Below, in pieces: positions 53,620 through 64,000 of a DNA stretch of 64,000 nt; positions within the stretch are counted from its first letter, which is position 1; the number at the start of each line of letters is the position of its first letter. This stretch comes from Epiperipatus broadwayi (lineage: Eukaryota; Animalia; Onychophora), in contig JAQFVV010000007.1 in the NCBI GenBank assembly GCA_028023455.1, forward strand, positions 9,238,001 to 9,302,000, written 5' to 3'. The notes under the pieces are model-generated. The model was not told the DNA's origin and did not search any database. It worked only from the letters and a program-made list of their open reading frames with translations. Position numbers and translations under genes: made by a program.

Positions 53620-54140
53620 GTGGTATAATTTTCACTTCACCACTCCTACACAAGGTGTTAAACGTGGAAACCATTCACTACCTTGTATAAGAATGGTATA
53701 GTGAAAATTACACCACAGAAATATTATTGATTAAATGGGTGATCTCTAATCTGAATGACTAATAAAAATTATTAATATACTTCCACCAAGAGGTTTATGT
53801 CAATGTTGTGAGTGCTGTAAATTTGACATTTGTCAATTAAGTTGTAATAATTGGCTATATATATAATGAATAATAATAAAGATATATATAAGAGATTGTG
53901 ATCTGAGTCAACTGATGAGCACTGGTTCAGCATGAAATGGGCATCTTGGGAATCATACTTCTTCTCACATGACTTTGGTCATATGTTTATGATCACACCT
54001 CTCCACAAGGTGTTAAAAACAGATGGAAGCCAGTTCTTATCTTGCATGAAAGTTGTGTAGTGAAAATTACACTATAGAAATAGCTATTCAGTGGATAATT
54101 TCTAATCTAATAAATGACTAATAAGAATTATTAATATATT
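53620..54140 (+). mobile_element. Family B1 partial tandem (period ~360 nt) with short inverted 5' tail
   Basis: ACAAGGTGTTAAA...TAGTGAAAATTACAC...ATGACTAATAA at ~53645-53790 and ~54005-54140; HHR TCAA-CTGATGA-GCACTG GTT CAGCAT-GAAA-TGGGCA-TC-TTGG at ~53908-53950. Confidence 0.8.
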
Positions 54141-54550
54141 ATGTTATACTTTAAGTTTTATACATTCCTACGACTTTGCCAATTTAAGGATGAATTTCCT
54201 TAAATCATTATTGCCTTTTTTCTTCCATTTTACAAAATTTCAAATATTCAATTTTTTAATATTTTGTCTTATCTCAGAGGAATAATTTAATAATCAGTTG
54301 TTTTAGAACTACTATATGTATAGATACTACTATTTATATAAATTAACTTAGTAGATTAGCAATTAATTTTTTATTGATCTTACTCAAATAAGATATTTTC
54401 AAAGACTGTTCTTATTTGAAAATAATTTAATAGTAATATATTTGTCTCATTTATTATTTGAGGCAAAAACTTCTACGAAAAACTGTATTAATAGTTTGTA
54501 TATATCTAACTTTCAGAAATATCATTTAATACTGTTTTAAATGCAATTTA

Positions 54551-54746
54551 TACACTACTTTGAACACTTTTTAGCAAAAACCTTGTATTGTACTTATATA
54601 CATACACAATCTTATGTTTCAATTGTTCTGCAGTCTTATTGTTTTTAAAGAAGACTGCAATACAGTCGAAATGTAAGGTTATGTATGCATATAGGTACAA
54701 TAAAAAAAAATTGGTAAAAAGTATTCAAAGTAGAGTGGATAAATTG
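54551..54746. mobile_element. Family E fold-back copy
   Basis: Arms ACTTTGAACACTTTTTAGCAAAA... / ...GGTAAAAAGTATTCAAAGT; decayed HHR AAAGAAGACTGCAATACAGTCGAAATGTAAGG at ~54647-54678. Confidence 0.6.
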
Positions 54747-55699
54747 CATTTATATAAGATATTACAGCAAAATAAAGGAAGTGGAGAATTTGTTAATTAT
54801 ACTGTTTTACTTAATAACTTTTGTCTGGAATACCAAATGAAATAAAAAATTATTACTACTTTTATATTATTTCTCAATGACATTTTCAATTATTTCATAA
54901 ATAATTTCTTCTCATTGTAATGGTCAGTGGATGAACTACATACTTGAAAAATCAACTTGTTTGAAACTGTTTTAAACCTAATCACTAACAATCTATAACT
55001 TACAGGAGAGCTACTTATAAAACATTCCTTGTTCTTAAATCCAACCCAAAACCTAGACTATCCACAGTATCATATGCTAATTCTTTCCTCACAACCTATC
55101 CACAGATCTATGATATGTAGCTTTTCCTTTTTCTATCTGATAATAAATTTGCCTCTTTTTTTTTGGCTAAAGATCAAAGTTTTATCATTCTACATACTTA
55201 CACCACATAATATCTTTTAATTCCAAAAGCTTTAGTTAAGTACCTATTTGAATGGGATTTTTAAAAAATTCATATCTCTGCAATGGTTGTTTTCTTTCTT
55301 TCCTGTTTAATGATATAATGGCTTTTATTATTTTGTATTGCACTTTTAATGTTAGACTTCATTAAAATTTTGGATGCAAATGTAATAAATATTAGATGAT
55401 TGCAAAAAGTGTGTTAAAGTAGTCACTATACTGATGCTATTCAAATATTCCTGTTTCATCAAAAATCTTAATACCTGTGAAAAAGAATCATTGGCAGAAC
55501 ATTAATAAAATAAACTATCTAATGAGTATTTGTGGATTTAGTGTATGGATTTAGATAGCTTAACTGTTATCAAGATATCATAAAAGATACCTATAGAGAT
55601 TCCAATCAGGATATAGAATCACTAATGGCCTTATTTAGTCCTTCATTTCTGCCACTGCAATCATAAATCTGAAAGTCATTAACAATGTGATTCATAGTT

Positions 55700-55900
55700 C
55701 ATCACATGCATACACAAGCTGTTTTTCACAGAGGCAAAACTCTCCATGCAGTAATACCACTCAGTGTTCCTCACTGATGAAAGCCACAAGCTAGAAACTG
55801 GTCTGGAGATATTGGATGAGTAGGTAGGGATTTTATGCACAAATCTTCCTGCATCCATTGATTACTCTGAGTGGTGCTACTGTATGGAGAGTTTTCTCTC
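55700..55900 (+). mobile_element. Minimal family A insert with complete HHR core and 14-bp TSD
   Basis: TSD TGTGATTCATAGTT at 55686-55699 and 55901-55914; CCTCA-CTGATGA-A-AGC CACAA GCT-A-GAAA-CTGG-TC-TGGAG at ~55769-55808; inverted AAAACTCTCCAT...CCACTCAG / CTGAGTGG...ATGGAGAGTTTT. Confidence 0.8.
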
Positions 55901-55914
55901 TGTGATTCATAGTT

Positions 55915-56060
55915 TTTATTTTCCCACATTTACATAGATGATATGTTCTGTTTATGATGCTGATAAGTTCAACAACCACAGGTTCTTCTGAATGTATTGA
56001 TGAGACTCCAAATGTGTCTATGAAGATCAAACCCAGATAGCCTTGTTGTTGAATCGGGAA
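55915..56060 (+). pseudogene. Possible LTR-retrotransposon (gypsy-like) RT remnant
   Basis: HIYIDDMF...LLNVLMRLQ...NPD resembles YIDDIL...LxxVLxRL...NPxKC; short, with stops. Confidence 0.35.
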
Positions 56061-58329
56061 AAATAAATTTATTTGTAATCTCATAAAAATTCACTTTTTA
56101 CATCATAATTCGTCAATTGTAGATTATTGGTTGAATGCCCAAAATAGTTATCATGATTAGAATCGAGTATTAGATTGTGAAATTATATCTTAAGTTATTG
56201 ACAAATCTCATCTGCTTAATAGTTTTTATTCATTTTTAGTGAGTCAATTTTCTTCTGATATCTGATGGAGGAATAGGTGAATAAGTAATCAAAATATAGA
56301 AAAACAAATTTATTTTTAATCTACATAAGAAAACATATATAATGAGTTATTTATTTATATAGCACTGTTTTTAATTTGTAATAATCATTAGGGATTTGCC
56401 TACACATATACTCTTAGGTTAAAAAGTTATAATGGATTCATCTTACTTTTTAAAAGACCTTACCTTGTGTTTAGAAAGGAAAGTTTTCCTGAAAGTATTT
56501 AAATCTAGTGCATGCTTACAGAAGTTATTCCCTAATGATTATTATAAAAAAGCTTAGTAAAAATGATTTAAAATCTGCTCAAATTGCATATTTTAGCTAT
56601 AAAAATAATCAAGTGATAGACCACTCAGAAGTTCATAAAAAGTCCAAACACAGGGTCTGACAAGGCCATCACATGATTCATGAGCCTTAAGCCACTCTAT
56701 TACTCTACCAAACAATACAGGACAACCCATGGTTAAACAAAGAATATATGACTAAGTTATACCTTTTGGCAAATTATTGATACCTTCCATATCTGCTAAG
56801 TTTACAATGCTTCATCAGTATAATAAACACCAACCCATATTATTAATTCTTTGTAATAAAATAATTTAAATATTTCTAGCTATAAAACTCTGAACAAAGG
56901 CATTTAAAGGTTCCAATTTTAAGTTGACTTAAGAAAAGCGAATTTATACGTAAATGTGGTGATACTTCAGTCTTTTAAAAATAATGTTTATTTCTGATCA
57001 TACATAATGCAGATTATTTCCTCATTGTGTTTTGCAATATTAAAGAAACAATGCTTCATCTATATTTCCTTTCTTCCAGTTCCAAGGCTTACCAGTGTCA
57101 TTCTCAATAACTTTCTTTTACATACAACAATCTCATTATCCATAATTATGATTTTAGCTTTACTTTCCTTAAATAACTAATTACGACCAAGAAATTTAAT
57201 AATCTTGGCATACTACAGTAGCAACCTAATTCTGGTTAAGTTTCTTATGGATGTTGGAAAATACACTTCCATTTCAAGAAGCTACAGAGATTTTGTGTTC
57301 ATTTCTGCAGTCAAGAACATGATATAAATGTGAGTAACAATGGCAAAATTATCATCAATGGTGATCACGATTATTATTTGATCAAAGGACTCTATTGCTT
57401 ATTTATCTCTCAATATGCCTTCAGACATAAATTCAGTGTAGATAAATAAGCTATCCTGTGACTCAATCAAGATGGCAGTAAGAGTGAACTATTTCAAATA
57501 TTTTAGTAGCAATTATGCCAATTTAAAACAAACTTAAATGTTAGTTTTCATTCTATCATAGATTAATGTCATATTTCATGTGATAAATCATCATCCAGAC
57601 ATTCTAGATACTTCAAAATTTTTGCAGTGAATAACTAAGCTATGTTGCTATGTAATATGCATTAATTTAGAGATGAAGCAGAATGTGTATTGGAGAGGGA
57701 ACCAGATTCACAGTCACTTTTCCAGTGGAATATACTGTGTTTTGTTTAATGATGTAGTATTATCCACTAGTGCTCACAACTGAACTTTACTAGCAGTAGC
57801 TTTAAAGCAATAAAAGGCAAATTTTGCAAAGGCAAATTTCTATAAATAATGATAATAGCTTCTTCAAATTGCTCTATTCCTCAGTTACATAAGTTTACAT
57901 TTTAGCATAAAACTACATTCTGAAAGGTTTAAATTCATTTTTCTAAAAAAAAAAATGTAAATAAATTAAATACCAAATTATTCATCCTCACATATATAAA
58001 TCAGTGGTATCTATTATTTGGCTCTAATGCTTTGGATTGTGATTTTACTTTGATTTCTTGCAACTCTTAACAACAGAAATGTGATATTTATATTTTCAAG
58101 TTTTGTGTTTTATCAATTCATCTAAGGTCTTAGCCCTATCATATCATAACTATCCATCAGCATCAGAAATCACACTAACCTCTCTTACTACGGACACATT
58201 ATGAAACATCGATTTTACTTTCTCAAGTAAATTCATACTTAACATATGTTATAATTTAACTTCATATATACACTATTTTACATATACTTAAAATTCATAT
58301 ATTTTAGATATATTTCCAATTTATATTCC

Positions 58330-58660
58330 ACCACATATTACTGATACATATGATCAAGGGCATGTGAAAAAGATAAATGATTCCTAAAATGTGTACTTTG
58401 TGTTGAACCAGCAATCATCAGTTTGCTCAGATCATCATCTCTTACATGTATTTTTTTTATCTTGTTTAGTATCACATAAATAAAAAAACTTCTATAATTT
58501 GAATTATAAGCATCAAACTTTCTCCACTCACATGTTTGACACAAACAGATTTTATGTAAATATATTAATGACTATTGTCAATAGTCCATTAAACTAGAGA
58601 TTATCCAAATATGCATTTTAAATCTCAGCTAATGAATAATGACAGGTCTGTAGTGTTATA
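58330..58660 (-). mobile_element. Decayed family B1 copy
   Basis: HHR remnant at ~58383-58425; flanks colinear with other B1 copies. Confidence 0.65.
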
Positions 58661-59009
58661 GAGGTGTTTAACACCTATGTCCTCATGCCCATTTTAAGAG
58701 TATGACAACTTACATTACACCATTTTTATGGAAGGTACTGGCTTCTGCCCACTTTTTGATTTTTTTAAATAATGAGTAAATAAACATTATTCCTTCATTA
58801 TAAAACAATTTGAATTCTTGCAAGGAAATAAAATCATATCATGTAACATAATTTAATAAGCATAATGAGTGTGCCAATTGCTCTTAACAAGTCAAAGCCT
58901 ATAACAATAATTGCAAGGAAATTAAGTCACATGATATATAACTTGATTTTCTTTCAATTATTGTTATTGCTCTTAAGACTTTGTTAATTTTATATTGCTA
59001 AAGCTATTA

Positions 59010-59230
59010 ATATATGGTGTATCCGAACTTAGTTCAGTCTCATATGGTTATTTAAGTTAGATAACTGGATTTGAAGACATGTGGACATCTGAAAATTTCA
59101 GATTTGTTTACTTAATATTTAAACATTAGATAAAGTGTTGGGCTTGACCTGATATTTTAAATCTAGTGCTTGAATATCCTAGCACCTCACTGATGAAAGC
59201 CAGAGCTAGAAACTGGTCTAAGAATAGGGA
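59010..59230 (+). mobile_element. Family A fragment with HHR core
   Basis: CCTCA-CTGATGA-A-AGC CAGA GCT-A-GAAA-CTGG-TC-TAAG at 59185-59224; upstream GAACTTAGTTCAG block shared with ~5915. Confidence 0.65.
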
Positions 59231-60959
59231 TCTTCTGAAAAGCTTGTTAAGAGCTATTGTCATGCTCATTATATAAAATCTGAATTCTTCTATTAAAAAC
59301 TATATTCTTTTAATAAATTAAACAATTAGAATTAAATATATACCAGCTATTACTAAAAGATCATGTTAAAAGTAGCAAAAATAATGTGAAGCATAAACAT
59401 GCATATAAATGTCTGACTTTTTTTTTGTCTATAGTCATTTGATATATATTTCTACCGACTATTGACTCATAAAATAGTCTTGAACATTACCTATTTCATA
59501 ATATTTCTGAAAAAAAGTACGCTGTGGCCTTTTAGATTATTCAAATACAAATAATGACATCGTTTGTTGATTGCAGGAGCAAAAAATGTGCATGCATCGA
59601 AAATAACATAGTTGGTCTGCGGTTCTTGAGTCATGAGCTCCCGTGCTCGCCATTCTATCACTATATTAATCGATGCGGGGCAGATTATTCAGTGATTTGC
59701 TTTATTAAAGGATCTGCAAATTTTATCATTTAATCTTTTTTTTCTTCAAGAAAAAGATTTTGCCATGTTAAAATTTTTTCTGTCAAAACTTTTTCTGTCA
59801 AGATAACTTTTCTCTTCTTTCTTTTTTTTTTTAAATGACGTTTTTGCTTCTTCAACAATACGAACTCATCACAGTATTTAAACTGATAAAAAAAATTTCC
59901 CAATTAAACTAATTTCCCAACATTTCTTTAGCAATACCCACATAAATTGTTTGACTCTTTAATTTCTTATTAAACAGTAAAATCAATCAATCAGTAAAGA
60001 CTTCTTTTTTTAAAAATTCATTTTTAACTGAGGGAAGGAAGTCTGCTCAAACCCATAACGCACCCACCCTCAAAAATCAATCCGTTACAAATACTTCTTT
60101 TCAAATGACAATGAAAACACTTTGAAAAAATAAAATAAAATTCAATTTGCTTTAAATAATAAAATATCAATAATAATTTCGAGAACAATAGAGGACAGTA
60201 AAATACCACGCACAATGGGCAACAAGATTAGCAAATATATATATATTCTAATTTGATTTACAAGAGTCAAGCTTTCAGCACTAACAATTTTGACGCCATC
60301 CACTTTAGATAAATGCATTAACGATTATTACTAATCCTGGATTAGGATAGACATCATATCATTTCTAGCCTAGATGTAAACTTTAAACCCAGTAGTGATT
60401 AATGTTTTTTAAACATATAGAATGATATACATATATATATAATGCTAAAAAATGTCCGTTAATTAAAAAACTATTGTAATAATATTATTAGAATGATATA
60501 TATATATATAACTTTTAAAGGGAAATGTGAGCAGATTAATCTCTGTATATTATAACATAAAAGCCCCGTGTATTTAGCTATGTTTATGTGTGGACGTGTG
60601 TAAGTGTAGACAGACATTAAGCGCACAAGTCATATAATATAGCAATAGGTTGGGATTCATGGCACGTGAGGCTTACTCAGTGCAAATGCAAAATAAAGAC
60701 ACATCTGAAAAAAGAAAAAAAAGGAATTTGTAAAATCATATGGCTATGCACTTTCATTCCATCCACTTTTCTTTTATAACTTCTATTAACTGATATTGAA
60801 ATCTAAAGATCTCTTCAAACTATCTTCAATCTACTTCAATGAGAAATTAATAAAGGATTAGACATCGGGCTAAATAAACTGCTATTGATATGTTGGTTGG
60901 GTCTTTTTTCATGGTTTTCATTCCTTATTTTTCCTTTCTAATTAAAACTAGCCTTATAT

Positions 60960-61200
60960 GGTTTATTGCTGTAGAAAATGTCAGACTGTTCAGATTGTTA
61001 AACATAAGATGGTTCTGGAACTTTCAGTGCTCAAGTCTCCAATAAAATCCCCAGCAACAAAGTTATTTGATTTTTTTAATGGATCATTACAGAATACAAA
61101 TAAAGACAACTGTGGGTTAACCATTTGTAGTAGAAGACATTTTTTCCACCAGTAGTGAAGATTGTGGTACAATTCCACAATATTGATACTTATCTGATCA
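60960..61200 (-). pseudogene. Possible LINE AP-endonuclease remnant
   Basis: INIVELYH...NNFVAGDFIGDLS resembles the xxAGDFNxDL motif; single weak motif. Confidence 0.35.
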
Positions 61201-64000
61201 ATTTATACCAATTCTCTAGCTCAGAGTAGCTAGATATCCATTTACTGATCATATTGAGTTTTATTGGTATTACATCATCTAAAAAGCCTGATTGAAATCT
61301 ATAAAAAATTTCAAACTCAAGGTCATACACAAAGCAAGTGAATACTAACCTCTACATTTTCACAATAAAATTTTATTCTTAACCAATATGATTCTGTCAT
61401 ACAATCTTCACCCCTCCCCAAGATCCAACAGCAAAGCAATCTGACTTTGACATTTCTTGATGCTACTGGAGACTGATTTGGGACAATCAGCAATTGTTGC
61501 ACTTGTGTACTTCAAAAATGCAATTAAATAGGGACTGACCTATGAAGATATAAAGAAATGCAAACCATAAATAGAAGAGTTAATGACTAAAGAAATCTGC
61601 AGCTAACAACCATATCAGGATAAAAGAACTAAAAAAGATCATTAATGATTTTTATCTTCTAGTTTGAATCTTTGTAAGTTCCATTATGATATTTTGGCAA
61701 AGAATAAGTAGCTAATTGAAAAAAAATACACACACTAATAAATAAATAATTACAATAATATATTATGATGCCTTAAACATTAAATTGCCAAAAATGTAAT
61801 AAGAGAAAGGCTAGTAATAGCAAACTGCTGACACAATGATCAACGATCACCTCATAGTTAAAGTATCTCACAATATTATTTCCATTTACTTTCAAGCAGG
61901 TAACTTATAATTATTTGTACCTTCATTGAATTATTTATTTATTTTAAAGTAAATCATAATAAATAAGTCATACAAAGATTCACATCTGACTTTTAAAAAT
62001 TGAAATTTATAAATTGCATATGCTGCATTACTAAATAAGCATAATTAATTATTAACTCAAAAGTACATTAATTAAAATATATATATATATATATATATGT
62101 ATATAAGTTAATACTCAACAAGTAGAAACATATATATCACCCCCCTTCCTTCATTTCTTAAGTACTTAAGTTAATTCAAAAGCTCAGAAACAACTATGTA
62201 ATTAAATAAATAAATAATGAACAAAACCTAAAAGCAATAAAACTAGGTTATAATTATTTAAAAATGCACAGACACAAATGCACCAGCAATAATTCGAAGT
62301 AGGCAAAGTTTAAATTATAAAAGTTAACCCTGAGTTACCACCATTCTTTATTATTATTAAAAATAATAACAGATGTTTTTAAAGTCTGAAATTAAATCAT
62401 TAATTTAGTTATTTGTGGGGGTGAGGGGAACATCCAGTATAAGTAACATGTACAACACTGTAGTAAGATTTCAATAGTCATGCTTGGTATGAAGCAATGA
62501 TGTATAAGGTTAAAAAAGTCATACAATAGACATTCATCTAATAATTTAATATTGATCAGTAAATGGATACTTTGCAATTCTTAACAAGATGTAAAATAAT
62601 AATGGAAAATCACTCAAAGCCAGATAAACAATGTTTTCACTCTATCCTCTAAGTGTGTGGAATGATGGAAAAGCATTGTTCCATGGTGGCCTATTCAAAT
62701 TTGTTTTATTATTTAGTTGCATTCCAAAAGCTAATAAATTTGCCCATTTTATTTTAGTAACTACTGTAATTTTAGTTTTATCAATAACTAAACTACTTTA
62801 AAATTGGGTCATTCTACTGGAGATCCCCTATGGGTGTTGCTCCATAGTGATATATGTTTTATTAAAAAAAATTACATGGCAGTAAAATTATCAAATCTGA
62901 AGTTTTATATTATTTTGACCAATATTATTTGAGATACAGATGTTTGAAGATTTGTCATTTTTATCCAAAAAGCAGTCATTTTAGATTCTGTCTATCTATT
63001 AGTGTTTATCTATTAGAGTCCACTAAAGGGAGCCTGGGAATACAGTTCATGCTTTTAAAGGCTCCCAGTTTTATTCACCAAAGTTATAGTCTAGTTTTGA
63101 ATTCATAGAAGAAAAGTTTACTAAGATGTAAGTGAATACTTGTTTTATTACTTTTTCATCTTTACAAGAAATTTTAAAGCTGTTTTCATTCAAGAATAAT
63201 TTAAATTACCTATCGTTCCATTTTATGCAAACAGCTATCATTGGAAGTAGGCAAATGCTAGGTTAAGTAATTCTTGGAGTCATTAGAGTAACATAAATCT
63301 TTGAAAAATAGTTTTAAATGAAACCAAATGATTCTAAAAAGAATAGAGACACTAGAAATCCTAATTTTATTGATAGAATAAAAAGAAAAAACATTTGGAT
63401 ATTAAATCTCATTGAAAATGTTGAAAATAAAAATGTTAACAAACATAGTTTTAAGAACTTTATCTTTGCATAAGATATTAATAATGTTAAACAAGTTTCT
63501 ATGGCTGAAAACCAGTCAGGGAAGACAGAAAACAGCCTAAGGAACATTATAGATACAAAAATTAATCATAAAACTAAGAAAGAAAGAAATCCTAGAGTTA
63601 AATTGTTCATAGGAATAAAGTTATGATATCGTTGTGTTGAACAGGTCGAATAAATTATTTTGAATTTTAATTCGATCTCAATTTTAGAATTGAACATTAT
63701 AGATTATGACTTAAGCTATCTTTCTGCACAAAAATCAAGTTTCTCCGATGATCACAACAGAAGTTATTAGCCCATTTCCGGTGTGATTGGGGCACCACAA
63801 AAAATAAATTAAAAATTTCAAATCAACACAGAATTACAACAAAATGATTCCTCAGCAAAAAAAACAATGATTTAAAAACAAAATTAGAACAAATGATGTT
63901 TTAGACCTAGACAGAGACATTGAAGCTACAGATGATTCATCCTCTTTTAATTATTTCAAACTTTAACAACAAACTTTCAGATTATACAATCGAATCCTTG

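Noticed and set aside
57311-57329. 19-nt micro-exon between a pyrimidine-tract CAG and GTGAGT
   Set aside because: No neighbouring exons or gene context; such sites arise by chance in 64 kb. RNA-seq would be needed.
63316-63960. Long stop-interrupted plus-strand frame (MKPNDSKKNRDTRN...)
   Set aside because: No recognisable family; it may only reflect A-rich strand bias.

Overview
Very AT-rich (about 27-30% GC by eye), CpG-poor, animal-like genomic DNA. I found no host protein-coding gene, rRNA gene or CRISPR array. The window is a mosaic of transposable elements. Coding remnants are all broken: several RTE-clade LINE fragments (largest 42400-44639), three Penelope-like (PLE) remnants (RT and/or GIY-YIG), a hAT/Buster-type transposase with a nested TA-flanked pogo-like MITE, piggyBac and Merlin transposase fragments, and a complete non-autonomous Merlin-type element with an 8-bp TSD. 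The main signal is invisible in the ORF track: about 30 type I hammerhead ribozyme (HHR) motifs, roughly one per 2 kb, in at least six unrelated short repeat families. Several share an insertion architecture (10-18 bp direct repeats, an inverted tail, a partial tandem of a 360-480 nt monomer), like PLE-mobilised retrozymes. Some carry tRNA-derived or B-box sequences. The core position 3-8 pair occurs as C-G, U-A and, twice, A-U. There is also a young ~100-nt tRNA-shaped SINE with fixed self-complementary ends around two different tRNA-like cores. Everything was read and counted by hand. Motif, TSD and hairpin coordinates should be close to exact; edges of decayed elements are approximate (tens of bp). 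No alignment, folding or database search was run.
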